This document shows, piece after piece, positions 5,792 through 15,512 of a DNA stretch of 64,000 nt. The notes beneath the pieces are model-generated. The model was not told where the DNA came from, did no database searches, and saw nothing but the letters and a program-made list of their open reading frames with translations. This DNA is from Coriobacteriaceae bacterium (GTDB taxonomy: Bacteria > Bacillota > Clostridia > Oscillospirales > CAG-272), in contig CAVEOF010000004.1 in NCBI GenBank assembly GCA_963617165.1, forward strand, positions 3,264-67,263, read 5' to 3'. Each line of letters starts with the position of its first letter. Within the stretch, counting starts at the first letter, position 1. The translations under genes were made by a program, and so were the position numbers.

Positions 5792-8506
5792 TCAGGTTTC
5801 GCCCGCCCGTATCCTTCCGCGCACGCGGAAGCGGTAGGCGATGGTATAAATTCCGAAGGGAGAGCGCGAGGCATCCGACGTGACGGCGATCTGCTGTTCC
5901 GTAAACCGCCTCGTCCGCAGGGCGAGCGGGACGGTGAAGGTGTCGTTTTCCGAGAGCGCGAGCGCCGAGAAGTCCACGTCCGAGAAGGAGAGAAAGCTCG
6001 CGGGCAGGATCGCCTCCTCCCGCAGAAGCTCGCGGTCGGTCGCGACGGAGAGCGAGAGACGGGAGGACGCATAGCTCTGACATTTCAGAACGAGCGAATT
6101 CTTCACCATGTCTTTTGCAAGGTGGGGAATTCCGCAGTCGTCGAGTGCCGTCATAAGCTCGTAGTGGGGCGCGTGCCTGTCAAAATCGTAAAAATCGGGG
6201 TGGATCACCCGTGAATACCGCGCTTTGTAGGCGTCGGCGTCAAAGTCGCTCCCGTTTTTGATCCGCTCGGGCGGGACGCCCCGCTTGTCGGTGTTGAAGA
6301 CGCAGATGTCGCCGTTTTCGGTACCGAAGAACAAAAGCTCGTCGATCGAGCGGAAGGCGACGGCGGGATGATAGGTGCCCCCCGTGAATTCCTCGGTCGG
6401 ATAGACCTCGAAGCGGTCCTCCCCCGATCCCGTGAAGTACACCGTCTCCCCGTCCTCCTCCGTGACGCTGTAAACGGTGTCGGTCACGGGCGCGTCGGGC
6501 GTCGGATAGGCAAGATAGCCCTCCCTCGCCGTCGGCGCGTAGCGGTAGACGCGCGTATCTCCCGTATAGGTCCCGATGCCCGAGAGGTAGTACCACTCGT
6601 ACTCGGTGCCCCCCGTTTCGTGGCGGTAGGTCGCGCGGGAATCGGCGAGGTAGACCCTGCCGCCGACCGCCGCGACGAGATAGCCGCAGAACACGTCGAG
6701 CACCACGGAAGAAAGATCTTCCGTGAGAAGTTTCGCGTTGACCGCGTGTGAGCGGCAGACGATGCTTCGCGCAAGGTTCAGCGTCTGCTTCGAGAGCGCC
6801 GAGATGCCCGTCTCCGAAACGAACAGGGGATCGTCGAAAAAGGAGATCGCCCCGCCGCACGCCGAGATCCCCGCGTGAATGTAGGAGGTCGGATAGATCT
6901 TCGGCAACAGGTCGATGCCCGTCTCCTTCGGGGTGTGGTAGTAGATGCTGCCGCCCCCGTCGTCTCCTTTTTTGAAGACGACCAGAGCGTCGCCCGTCGA
7001 GAGGAGCGCCTTCGTCGGATAGGCGCCCACCCCGTCGTTGAAGTAATTCAGAACGCCGAAGTAGGTCGGGTCGTTTTGCCCCGTGTTTCCTCTCGCGCTG
7101 TAAAACACCGTGTTCGGGAAGGCGGGATTCCCCGAAAGGAAGACCCGCCCGTCGAATACCTCGGCGGCAAGACACCGCGAGATCGCCGAGGCGCCCCCGT
7201 CGGAAAAGCTCCCCTCGGAGAGAAAGTTCGTCCCCGCCGCGCTTTCCGAGTATTCGGAGGCGGAGAGGGTGCCCGTGATCGAGACCTCCCGGTTCTTCAT
7301 GAAATTCCGATTGTTCAGAGCGAGAAGGAGCCCCGCGATGTGTGAGCCCTCGGTGACGGTGGTCACGGTGTAGTCCGTCAATCCGTCGATGCTGACCGAG
7401 ATCGAGGAGGCGGGCTCGCAAAGGGGCAGATACATGGTGAGCGAGGGGCTCCACGTGTAGGTGTCGATCTGATGGTCGGTGCTCGACGGCGCCCCCTCGA
7501 TCTTTTCGTATTCCGCCATGCCGTAGGCATAGTGGATCGTCATCGCGGGACAGCCCGTGAACGCGTCCGCCCCGATCTTTGCAAGCTTCTTTCCGAAGTG
7601 AATGACCGTGAGCGAGGTGCAGTTCCGAAAGGCTTCGTCCCCGATCTCGTACAGCTCCTCGGGGAGATAGACCGTCGTGAGATTCGGACAGCCGGAAAAC
7701 GCCTTTTCTCCGACGGTGAGGACGCCCGCCGACATGCGCACCTCCGTGACGGGGGTAAGCCCCGAGAAGGCGTCCTTCGCGACGTGCGTGACGCGGTAGG
7801 TCCTTCCTCGGATGGTCGTGAAGTACGGAACGTAGATCACACCGCCGCTCGCGCGTCCGAGCCCCGAAAGCTCGCAATACCCCGCCTCCTCGTCGATGAT
7901 GTTGTACAAGAGCCCCGGGGAGCCGTAGGCGAAGAGAGAAGGGGAACCGACAGAGTAGCGCTCCTTGAATTTGCACGTCAGAAGGTTCCGCTGCTCGTAT
8001 GCTTCACCGTTGATGTAGGTCGTCGGGACGTAGGGGGAGTATTGCCCCACGCCGTCCCCGACGATCTTCGCCTCCCCGCTCTCCGACACGCGGAGCATGT
8101 TCGTGCCGTCGAGGATAAAGAGGCAGGAGCCCGAGGGGAAGGAGACGCTCTTATGAGCGGCAAGCGTCGCGATGGCGCGCGGCGTCGTGAGCGTGTCCCG
8201 CTCCGCGACGGGAAAGCGGTAGAGCAGTGTCCCCGCGTGGACGAGCAGATAGTCGGTCTCTCCCGCTCTCTGCCTATGAAGTCCGTAGATCCTCTTTCCG
8301 AGCGAGAGGATCTTGCGAAAGCCGGGGACGCTCTCCGTAAGCGCCGCGCCGACCCCGTCGTAATCCCGCCACATGTTCGTCAGACGGGAGAAGCGGTTGC
8401 CCGAGATCCGACTTCCGTCCCCGGAAAAGTCCACCCCGCGCATTGCCGTATAGCAGCGGCTGTATTCGGTTCCGCTTTTGTAATTATAGCTTGATCTGTA
8501 ACTCAT
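5792..8506 (-). CDS. Large virion protein (904 aa) with embedded BspA-type leucine-rich repeats; candidate tail nozzle or receptor-binding protein
   Basis: ORF track. LRR_5-like segment: HVAKDAFSGLTPVTEVRMSAGVLTVGEKAFSGCPNLTTVYLPEELYEIGDEAFRNCTSLTVIHFGKKLAKIGADAFTGCPAM. Its position after the MCP and an adaptor-like gene mirrors the podovirus order adaptor then nozzle. That role is an inference. Confidence 0.6.
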   Translation of the reverse strand: MSYRSSYNYKSGTEYSRCYTAMRGVDFSGDGSRISGNRFSRLTNMWRDYDGVGAALTESVPGFRKILSLGKRIYGLHRQRAGETDYLLVHAGTLLYRFPVAERDTLTTPRAIATLAAHKSVSFPSGSCLFILDGTNMLRVSESGEAKIVGDGVGQYSPYVPTTYINGEAYEQRNLLTCKFKERYSVGSPSLFAYGSPGLLYNIIDEEAGYCELSGLGRASGGVIYVPYFTTIRGRTYRVTHVAKDAFSGLTPVTEVRMSAGVLTVGEKAFSGCPNLTTVYLPEELYEIGDEAFRNCTSLTVIHFGKKLAKIGADAFTGCPAMTIHYAYGMAEYEKIEGAPSSTDHQIDTYTWSPSLTMYLPLCEPASSISVSIDGLTDYTVTTVTEGSHIAGLLLALNNRNFMKNREVSITGTLSASEYSESAAGTNFLSEGSFSDGGASAISRCLAAEVFDGRVFLSGNPAFPNTVFYSARGNTGQNDPTYFGVLNYFNDGVGAYPTKALLSTGDALVVFKKGDDGGGSIYYHTPKETGIDLLPKIYPTSYIHAGISACGGAISFFDDPLFVSETGISALSKQTLNLARSIVCRSHAVNAKLLTEDLSSVVLDVFCGYLVAAVGGRVYLADSRATYRHETGGTEYEWYYLSGIGTYTGDTRVYRYAPTAREGYLAYPTPDAPVTDTVYSVTEEDGETVYFTGSGEDRFEVYPTEEFTGGTYHPAVAFRSIDELLFFGTENGDICVFNTDKRGVPPERIKNGSDFDADAYKARYSRVIHPDFYDFDRHAPHYELMTALDDCGIPHLAKDMVKNSLVLKCQSYASSRLSLSVATDRELLREEAILPASFLSFSDVDFSALALSENDTFTVPLALRTRRFTEQQIAVTSDASRSPFGIYTIAYRFRVRGRIRAGET

Positions 8507-8523
8507 ACTTTACAAAACCTCGC

Positions 8524-9351
8524 TTATGCCCATTGCAGAACGTCGCGGTAGGCGGTGTCCAGATTCGGAGAGCCGGTGTATTTTAAGGCGCTGATCCCCG
8601 TGCGATAGAGATTCATGTAATACTGCGAGCGCTCGGGCTCGTCGTCGAGCCAGAGGTAGGAGGCGGTGAGCAGGGGCAGAAGATGTGCGGCGGGGGCGGG
8701 CACGTCGATGACGCCCGCCGGGGCGTCCGACACGATCTTCGACGGCGCGCGCCGATAGCGGAGCGTGACGCTCCCGCGATAGTCCCGCGGCAGCATCAGC
8801 GTGTCGCCGTAGACCGACGCCCCCGCGATCGGCGTGCCGTCCCCGTCCCGCACGATGCCGTCGGGGCAGAGAAAATCGGCGGCAAGCGCGCGAAGGGAAA
8901 AGGAGCGCAGGGGCGCGAGGGTCGGAATGTCCTCTTTCTCGGGCGGGCAGGCGTCAAAGACGGCAAAGTCCCGCACGGTGTAGTCGTACGCACCGCAAAA
9001 TAAGAGGTACTCCGCCTCTCCCCGGTACTCCTTTACGAGCACGGAGGGCGCGTCGAATTCGCGGGGCGTCTCTCCCTCGGGGCGGTAGCTTCCCCGTCCG
9101 CCGACGCGGAAGCTGTAGCTCTTTCCCGAAAGGGGGACGGAAAGCTCCGTCCCCGCAGGATGAAAGATCTCCCTTCGGCTCTCCCGCGGCACTGCCGCCT
9201 CGCAGAAAAAGTTCAGCTCGCCGACGGCGGGATATTCCGTGACAAGGAGAGCAAGCGCCCGCCTCGCGGCATATAAGAACCGTTCGCCGTCCCCGACGCC
9301 CCCCTCAAAGCCGAGGGCGGCGCATTCTTCGGCAAGTTCCCGATAGGTCAT
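8524..9351 (-). CDS. Phage protein (276 aa), candidate head-tail adaptor
   Basis: ORF 8524..9462. I prefer ATG 9351 (MTYRELAEECAAL) with GGAGGA upstream, 20 nt after the MCP stop. The role is inferred from position only. Confidence 0.5.
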   Translation of the reverse strand: MTYRELAEECAALGFEGGVGDGERFLYAARRALALLVTEYPAVGELNFFCEAAVPRESRREIFHPAGTELSVPLSGKSYSFRVGGRGSYRPEGETPREFDAPSVLVKEYRGEAEYLLFCGAYDYTVRDFAVFDACPPEKEDIPTLAPLRSFSLRALAADFLCPDGIVRDGDGTPIAGASVYGDTLMLPRDYRGSVTLRYRRAPSKIVSDAPAGVIDVPAPAAHLLPLLTASYLWLDDEPERSQYYMNLYRTGISALKYTGSPNLDTAYRDVLQWA

Positions 9352-9371
9352 GGGAGGATCCTCCTTTCGGA

Positions 9372-10427
9372 TTACAGTGAGGTCGCGCCGGTGACGGCGT
9401 CCTTGCTGTCGACGGCAAGCAGAATGTGCTTGTAGGTGCCGAAGCCCACGCCGAAGCGGCATCTGCCGTTCCAGAGATAGTTGCCCGTGTGGTTGTCCAC
9501 CCAGTTCGTGACGGTGAGGGGCACGCGGTTGTAGAACATGTTGCCCGAGAGGTTCTTGTTCGCCTCCGAGGACATGATCATCACGCGGTCGTCACTCGTC
9601 TGCCAGTTCGGGAGCACGACGATGTTCCAGTTGCCGTACTGAAGGTTGATGTCGTTATAGCCGTTGCCGAGCGCACCCTCCGAGCCCGCGACCTTCTTCG
9701 CGATGATCTCGGCGGCGGGACGGTTGCCCGGCAGGATCAGCGTGTCGGCGGTGTAGCCGAGCGCCTCGCCGTTCTCGTCCTTCATGTTGCGGAGCTTGAC
9801 GGCAAGCTCGCCGAGCGCTTCCTCAAAGACGGAGGCGGAGCGGGTGCGGCTGTCCGTACCGCTCGCAAAGATGTTGCCGTAGAAGTAGTTCGACTGCACG
9901 CCCTTCGTGTCTCCGATGCCGTAGTCGTGTGAGGAGGAGAAGAGCGCCTTCCCGTCGGGCGCGCTCAGGTCGAGCGTCGCCTTTGCGAAGCTGCCGCTCG
10001 TCGACGTGCCGTTTGCCAGCGCGTATTCGCAGATCTTGTGAATGGTCTTGTAGTAAGCGCGGGTGAAGTTTTCGGCACGGCGCTTCGCGTCCGCACCGAT
10101 GCCGTAATTCGCATCCTCCATCATCTCGGCGGTGATGACGAATTCCTTCGTAAACTGGATGTGCTCGATGAATTTGCGGTAGGTCTCCGCAACGGTGTCG
10201 TTCTCCGCGCCGTTGCCCTCTTCGGTGGCACGGAAGACGTCGAATTCGTTCTGCCCGACGATCGTCTCGCCGAAGCGGTTGCTCTTTTCGATGTTGAAGA
10301 GCCAGTCGGCGATGCCGCCCTTCTTCGTCAGAAGGTCGCTCTCGTGCTCGATGACCATTTTGATCGGCGTCTCGAGCTTGCCGATGGCGGCGTTCGCGGT
10401 ACCGGAATATTTCGAATAAAGTATCAT
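9372..10427 (-). CDS. Phage major capsid protein
   Basis: 351 aa. It sits after scaffold- and decoration-like genes and has typical size. Sequence features (FIEHIQFTKEFVITAEMMEDANYG ... NWNIVVLPNW) resemble HK97-fold/Mu gpT-like coat proteins, from motif memory. Confidence 0.75.
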   Translation of the reverse strand: MILYSKYSGTANAAIGKLETPIKMVIEHESDLLTKKGGIADWLFNIEKSNRFGETIVGQNEFDVFRATEEGNGAENDTVAETYRKFIEHIQFTKEFVITAEMMEDANYGIGADAKRRAENFTRAYYKTIHKICEYALANGTSTSGSFAKATLDLSAPDGKALFSSSHDYGIGDTKGVQSNYFYGNIFASGTDSRTRSASVFEEALGELAVKLRNMKDENGEALGYTADTLILPGNRPAAEIIAKKVAGSEGALGNGYNDINLQYGNWNIVVLPNWQTSDDRVMIMSSEANKNLSGNMFYNRVPLTVTNWVDNHTGNYLWNGRCRFGVGFGTYKHILLAVDSKDAVTGATSL

Positions 10428-10451
10428 GGTTTTCTTTCCTTTCCAAATGTT

Positions 10452-10862
10452 TTATCGGAAGTTCACGCGCACGGTGTCGCCCGACGCCGCGGCATGGCAG
10501 AGGTCGACGATCGTGGCGACGCCGCTCGTGGTCGTGGCGGTGACGCCGTACGCCGCGCTCGAGGTGCTGTCGACGGCGAGGGTGACGACGCTCCCGACGG
10601 CAAGACCCGTGGGTGCCGCCGAAAGGGGTGCTTCGAAGATCACGTCGGGCGTGACTGCATAGACGGGGACGGTCGCCTCGCCCGCCGCCGCATCCGCGGC
10701 GGCAATGTAGGTCGGCTTTGCGGTCGCCGCCGCATGGGTCAGGGCGCCCGAGGTGAGGACGAGTGCGTCGCCAGCGTGATAGGCGGTCGACGCCGTGGCG
10801 GGCAGACGGAAGATCTCGGGAACGTTCGTTCCCGCGTTCAGAATTTTGACAGGTCGGAACAT
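10452..10862 (-). CDS. Small Ala/Thr-rich head protein (decoration- or DUF2190-like)
   Basis: 136-aa ORF between the scaffold and the MCP. Low-complexity A/T/V-rich beta-type sequence. Confidence 0.45.
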   Translation of the reverse strand: MFRPVKILNAGTNVPEIFRLPATASTAYHAGDALVLTSGALTHAAATAKPTYIAAADAAAGEATVPVYAVTPDVIFEAPLSAAPTGLAVGSVVTLAVDSTSSAAYGVTATTTSGVATIVDLCHAAASGDTVRVNFR

Positions 10863-10876
10863 GGTGGTATCCTTTC

Positions 10877-11395
10877 TTATTTCGTGACTTTTTGATAGAG
10901 GCGGTGAAGCTCGGCGTCGCCGAGACCGAAGAACAGCTCCCGCGCCGCGGAAAGCTCTCCCTCGCTCATGCCGTCGCCCGTCGCGCGTACCGCCTTCGGG
11001 ACCGCGCTGTGAAGATGGGCGCGGTTGTCCTCCCGCGGGATACGCCGCGGGGTCGTGGTGGCAAGGTATGCCTCTCTCGCACTCAGACCGAGATCGCGCA
11101 GAGCGCCGTAGCGCGCGGGATCTTCAAGCTCGGTCAGGTCGCCGAGGGAGGAAAGCTCGGGGAATTCCCGCTTTAAGGCGAGAAGGTCCTCCGCCGCGAG
11201 CGCGGCGTAATCGACGGAGGGCGCATTTTTCTTTTGCGTCTTTTCCGCGGGCGCCTCCGCCTCTTGTGCATCCCTCGCTTCGGGTGTGCTTTCTTCGGGG
11301 GAAGGGGTGTCGGTCGGTGCGTCGGTGTCCGCCGCCTCCGACGCGTCCGCAGAGAACGCGTCGGGCAGACTCTCGTTTGCGATCTCGCTCGTCAT
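10877..11395 (-). CDS. Phage scaffolding-like protein
   Basis: 172 aa with an acidic disordered N-terminus (DASEAADTDAPTDTPSPEESTPEARDAQEAEAPAE) and a helical C-terminus. Located upstream of the MCP. Confidence 0.5.
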   Translation of the reverse strand: MTSEIANESLPDAFSADASEAADTDAPTDTPSPEESTPEARDAQEAEAPAEKTQKKNAPSVDYAALAAEDLLALKREFPELSSLGDLTELEDPARYGALRDLGLSAREAYLATTTPRRIPREDNRAHLHSAVPKAVRATGDGMSEGELSAARELFFGLGDAELHRLYQKVTK

Positions 11396-11398
11396 GGC

Positions 11399-11536
11399 TT
11401 AGCCCTTCTTTCCGACGCGCAGGTCTGAGCCTGCCGTCTTCGTTGCCTTCGGGTCGCCCGACGCGACGTTTTTCGGCGCCGCGATCTTGCCGCCCTTGTT
11501 GGTTGCGTAAACAGAATCCTTCGTAGGTCTTTTCAT
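11399..11536 (-). CDS. Small basic protein (45 aa), unlisted in the ORF track
   Basis: My translation: MKRPTKDSVYATNKGGKIAAPKNVASGDPKATKTAGSDLRVGKKG. GGAGA lies about 5 nt upstream of ATG 11536. It fills the gap between two head genes. Confidence 0.4.
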   Translation of the reverse strand: MKRPTKDSVYATNKGGKIAAPKNVASGDPKATKTAGSDLRVGKKG

Positions 11537-11602
11537 CGTAATCTCCGTTCCGCGGCTTTCACCTTTCGGAAAGCCGCTGATTTGTTAAGTTTTCTTTGCG
11601 TA

Positions 11603-12349
11603 TCATTGCTTTTCCGCTTCCTCTTTGAGACGACGGCGCAGATAATCGGTGTAGGATTCGTTCGGCTCGCGATCGGACTTTACGGTCTCCGATCCGCTTG
11701 CCTTCCCGTTGACCTTTTCCGCGTAATCGCCGAAGGCGCTCGCCTCCTCGTCCGAAAAGCCGTAGCTCTTCGCGTATGCGGCGGCACCCTCTCGTCCGAG
11801 CCCCTCCGTGAGGATGGTGCGGTAGAGGGCACGCCGTATCTTTTCCTTGGCAAGTGCGATGCCGCCCTCGGCGGCTGCTCTTGCCGACGCCTCGTCAAGC
11901 CCCATGCCGAGCGCCCGCCGATAGGCGGCGTCCGCGTCGAGCGTCTCGCTGTCCGCGATGGTCTTGTACGCCCGCTCGAGCAGGTCGTTTTGCGACTTCC
12001 GATAGGCGGAAAGATAGCTTTCGTAGCCGCGGCGATTGGCTTCTTCTCCCTCGCTTGCCGCGCGGTAGGCGGCGTTTTTCGCCCGTGCCCGTTCCGCGTA
12101 TGCCACGCCGTCGAGATAATCGCCGTAGCCCGAGGAGGACAGCCCGAGGGCGGCGAGGCGTTCGGCTCTCGCGCCGTAGGTGCTCTTCGCTCTTTCGTAG
12201 TCCGCATCGATGTCGGCAAGCCGTTCGTCGAGTGCGGCACCCGTGTCGGTGCCGTAGGAGGACAGCCATTTTTCATAGCTTTCCGCCGAGTTCGAGAGCT
12301 GCTTGTTGCGCACGTACTGTTTGAGAAAATCTTCGAGTGTTTCGCTCAT
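11603..12349 (-). CDS. Phage head-module protein (248 aa, Ala-rich helical), unknown role
   Basis: ORF 11603..12457. I prefer ATG 12349 (MSETLEDFLKQY), which forms an ATGA overlap with the portal stop (tcat at 12346-12349). Confidence 0.6.
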   Translation of the reverse strand: MSETLEDFLKQYVRNKQLSNSAESYEKWLSSYGTDTGAALDERLADIDADYERAKSTYGARAERLAALGLSSSGYGDYLDGVAYAERARAKNAAYRAASEGEEANRRGYESYLSAYRKSQNDLLERAYKTIADSETLDADAAYRRALGMGLDEASARAAAEGGIALAKEKIRRALYRTILTEGLGREGAAAYAKSYGFSDEEASAFGDYAEKVNGKASGSETVKSDREPNESYTDYLRRRLKEEAEKQ

Positions 12350-14151
12350 ACGGTCTCCTTTCTTTGTAGGTCGGACGTCGCTTTTTCGAGCGTGTCGCCG
12401 AAGTATTCGACGTTCTCTCTCGCGTAAGGGTAGTGCGCCCGCTCCTGACACTGCCAATACCGAAGCAGGGTCATCGGGTCGGACGGATCGCCGAGCGCGC
12501 CCGCGCGCAGATTTTCGAGGTTCTTTTCCCAGATCTCCTCGCGTCTGCCCTCGATGCCGCCGTTCGGATCGATGGAGAAGAGGTAGCCGTCGTCGTAGTA
12601 ATATTCACCCGTTTTCGTGTCGTAGTCGAGAAAGTCGTAACGGTTGAACATCGCGTCGTGGATCCGCCCGTAGGCGTCGCGGTAGGAGAGCTTGCGCGGC
12701 TCGTCCGCGAAGGCGAGAAAGTGTCGGAAGATCAGACGGTCGATGTCCGCGTAGGCGGTGTGCTTCATCTTCCGCTTGGATTCGAGACGTCCCGACGCCT
12801 GTCGGATGCGCAGCTCCCGCGCGTACCCCGATTCGTTGCCCGTGTAGTTGATCCCCTGATAGGCGTCCGAGATGCCGAGCGTGCGCTTGGCGTGTGAGTA
12901 CAGGCGCTCCGCCTCCGCGATGTCCTGTGAGATGTCGGGGGTGGTGTCCACCTTGCCGTATTGCGAGAGGCTCTCGCCGGGCTTCATGCGGATCACCTGA
13001 CCGAACACCGAGTTGTTCAGGCTGACGGTCGCGTCCTCGGGGAGGACGGGCGTGATGCCCGCGCGCAGAAGCTTCTGAAGGATCCGCGTCTCCACCTTGT
13101 TGATCGCCTGCTGCTCGGGACGGATGTATTCGCAGTCCGACTGACCGAACAGGCTTTTTTCCCCCGAGGTGTTCTTGCGGATGACGATGGGAAAATCCTT
13201 CGGCACGTAGTAGGGAAGCCGCGTCCGCTCCATGCGGAAGCCCTCCCCCTCGGGGATCGGACAGCCCGCGGCGTCCAGCACGGGGGAGAGAGAAGAGATC
13301 ACCGTACCGTCCGAGAGCGCGATGTCCCGGTCGAGCACCTCGTGCGTCTCGTCGGCGAGTACGAGGGCGGGTGTCTTACAGACGCAGAGCTCCGCCTCCC
13401 GCCCGCAGTTTCGGCATACCTTCCGCTTGCGGCGGTAATAATTCGGGAGGTCGAGAAGCGCGAGCTCTCCCGAGAAAATGAATTCTCCGACCTCTCCCTC
13501 CTCGTCTCTGTAAAAGCAGAGAATGACGGTGACCGCCTCACCGGCATCCGCGGAGGGGAGCTCCTCCCACTCGATGTCCGCTCGCGCGAGGTCTTCTTCG
13601 CTCACACCGTATCGGCGGACAAGCTCCGCCTTCGTCGTGACGAAGCGGAGAAAGCAATAGTCCATGTCCGAGATCTTCGTGATGTTCGGCTGTGGAATGA
13701 AGTCGCGTGGAGAGAGGCAACAGACGCGGATGCCGCCGAGGTCGCCGCCCCGCCCGACGGGATTTTCCCATTCGACGAGGAAGACGCTACCTCCGTAAAT
13801 GTAGGTATAGCGCTCGTCCATGTCGTTCATTTCTTCAAAGGGGAGCATGTCGCGCACGGAGGCGCAGAGCCGCTCGACGGATTTTGCGTTGCGGTCCTTT
13901 TTCTCGCTGTAACAGCTTGCCTCGACCTTCGGGGGCGGAATTTCGGAGGAGACCTGACTTTCGACGATCTCGTAGGTGATGTTTCGCACGGTGCCCGCCC
14001 GCTCTTTCGACCCGTCAAGCTCGTCGGAGCCGCGGTATTGCTGCATATGACGCAGAAAAAGCGCGTCGGTCTCGGCAAAGCGGTCGCGTGCGTTTTCGTA
14101 AAGAGTGCGGAAATATTCCGTCCGCGCGGATTGGCTTTGTTCTTTGTTCAT
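12346..14151 (-). CDS. Phage portal protein
   Basis: 601 aa, immediately downstream of the large terminase with an ATGA overlap (14148-14151). Size and position are typical. Contains a CxxC-x6-CxC knuckle (KVCRNCGREAELCVCK). Confidence 0.75.
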   Translation of the reverse strand: MNKEQSQSARTEYFRTLYENARDRFAETDALFLRHMQQYRGSDELDGSKERAGTVRNITYEIVESQVSSEIPPPKVEASCYSEKKDRNAKSVERLCASVRDMLPFEEMNDMDERYTYIYGGSVFLVEWENPVGRGGDLGGIRVCCLSPRDFIPQPNITKISDMDYCFLRFVTTKAELVRRYGVSEEDLARADIEWEELPSADAGEAVTVILCFYRDEEGEVGEFIFSGELALLDLPNYYRRKRKVCRNCGREAELCVCKTPALVLADETHEVLDRDIALSDGTVISSLSPVLDAAGCPIPEGEGFRMERTRLPYYVPKDFPIVIRKNTSGEKSLFGQSDCEYIRPEQQAINKVETRILQKLLRAGITPVLPEDATVSLNNSVFGQVIRMKPGESLSQYGKVDTTPDISQDIAEAERLYSHAKRTLGISDAYQGINYTGNESGYARELRIRQASGRLESKRKMKHTAYADIDRLIFRHFLAFADEPRKLSYRDAYGRIHDAMFNRYDFLDYDTKTGEYYYDDGYLFSIDPNGGIEGRREEIWEKNLENLRAGALGDPSDPMTLLRYWQCQERAHYPYARENVEYFGDTLEKATSDLQRKETV

Positions 14152-15512
14152 ATCGGTTCTCCGTATTTTTTCAAGAGATAATTCCGCGCTTCGGCATCTG
14201 CCGCCTCATAGTCCTCCCACATGTCCGCCGTCCATACGGTCCGCCCCGCGGCGGGCGCCTTCTCTGCGGGCCGCGTGTAAAAGACGGCAAACCCGCGCAG
14301 GGCGTCGGGCGCGTGCGTGATCTCGTGCGGTTCATTCGCACAATCGCTCGGACGCCGACGGTCGATCTGCAAGGCGGGCAAGCATCGGATGATCTCGGTG
14401 CAGAAGCAGAAGATCTTCAGCCCGACCCGCCCGCCTTTCTCGGCGAGAAGCTCCTTGATCGCGAGCCAGCCGCTCTCGCGGTCGTTCGAGGTCTTGGTAA
14501 AGGTCACGCCGAAGGAGGAAAAGAGCGCCGCCTTGGACTTTCCCGTCTCCTGCGAGCGGGAGAAGAGATCGGGCGGCGCGAGCGTCGCATAGATCTCCTC
14601 CGACGCGGGCGTGCGGGAGAGGATCGCCTCGGCGGCTTTTCCGATGGGAAGATCGGACTCGCAATACTCGCGATAGACGTAGGCACATCCGTCGGGAGAA
14701 AGCGCGATCCAAAGACAGGCGAGGCGGTCAAGCCCGTAGTCGATGGTACGGTACTTGCGCCATGAGGAGGGGATCGTAAATGGCTCCGCAACGTGGAGCC
14801 GCCTCGAAAATTCGGGGAAATACTGCCCGTCGAAGATGTCCCACTCCCCGTAGAGGAGCGCCTTTCTCTCCCGCTCGGGCAGGGCGAGGAGCCGCTTTTT
14901 GTACATCGGGTCGGCGCGCATCAGAAATCCGTTGTCCTCGATCCGCGCGGGGAGGAATACGCGGCGAAGACCGTCCCGCCCCGTGAAGGGAATCCCCGCG
15001 GGGGAAGGATCGATAAAGCGTGCCTTGACCCATGCGTGCCCGATGCCACCGGGATTTGTCGAGGACTTGATCTGCCGAGGGAAGTCCGTCGCCCCGCGCA
15101 GGCGGGATAGCAGATAGATGTATTGCCCTTCGGTAAAATGCGTCAGCTCGTCAAAGCGGATGACGTCGTATTCGGCACTCTGGTATTGGTACACGTCGTT
15201 TTCCGTGGCACAGTACCCGAAGTCGATGAGCGACCCGTTCGCAAAGCTGCCCGTGTGGGAGGAGGCGTGATAGGAATATACCTCTTTCGGATAAAGAGAA
15301 AGACTCGTTCGGATGAGGGATTTTTCAAGCTCGGGTAGCGTCCGCCTCAGGATCAATTGCTTCGAGCGCGGATACTTCATCGCGTAAAGGAGTGCGTCCA
15401 CCAGTTGCCCGTAGGACTTTCCGCCTCCCGCCGCCCCGCCGAACAGAACCTCGGACTCTGTCGCATCAATAAAAGATTTTTGTCTTTTTGTAACTTCAAG
15501 TTTACACTTCAT
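14148..15512 (-). CDS. terL: Terminase large subunit
   Basis: 454 aa. Walker A is GGAAGGGKS and Walker B-like is YDVIRFDELTHF. The C-terminal half is nuclease-type. ATGA overlap with terS (15509-15512). Confidence 0.85.
   Translation of the reverse strand: MKCKLEVTKRQKSFIDATESEVLFGGAAGGGKSYGQLVDALLYAMKYPRSKQLILRRTLPELEKSLIRTSLSLYPKEVYSYHASSHTGSFANGSLIDFGYCATENDVYQYQSAEYDVIRFDELTHFTEGQYIYLLSRLRGATDFPRQIKSSTNPGGIGHAWVKARFIDPSPAGIPFTGRDGLRRVFLPARIEDNGFLMRADPMYKKRLLALPERERKALLYGEWDIFDGQYFPEFSRRLHVAEPFTIPSSWRKYRTIDYGLDRLACLWIALSPDGCAYVYREYCESDLPIGKAAEAILSRTPASEEIYATLAPPDLFSRSQETGKSKAALFSSFGVTFTKTSNDRESGWLAIKELLAEKGGRVGLKIFCFCTEIIRCLPALQIDRRRPSDCANEPHEITHAPDALRGFAVFYTRPAEKAPAAGRTVWTADMWEDYEAADAEARNYLLKKYGEPI

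Noticed and set aside
6240-7976. 578-aa minus-strand ORF inside the 904-aa phage gene (alternative frame)
   Set aside because: Extremely Arg/Gly/His-rich nonsense-like sequence. The other frame gives a coherent protein with LRR motifs and proper coupling to its neighbours.
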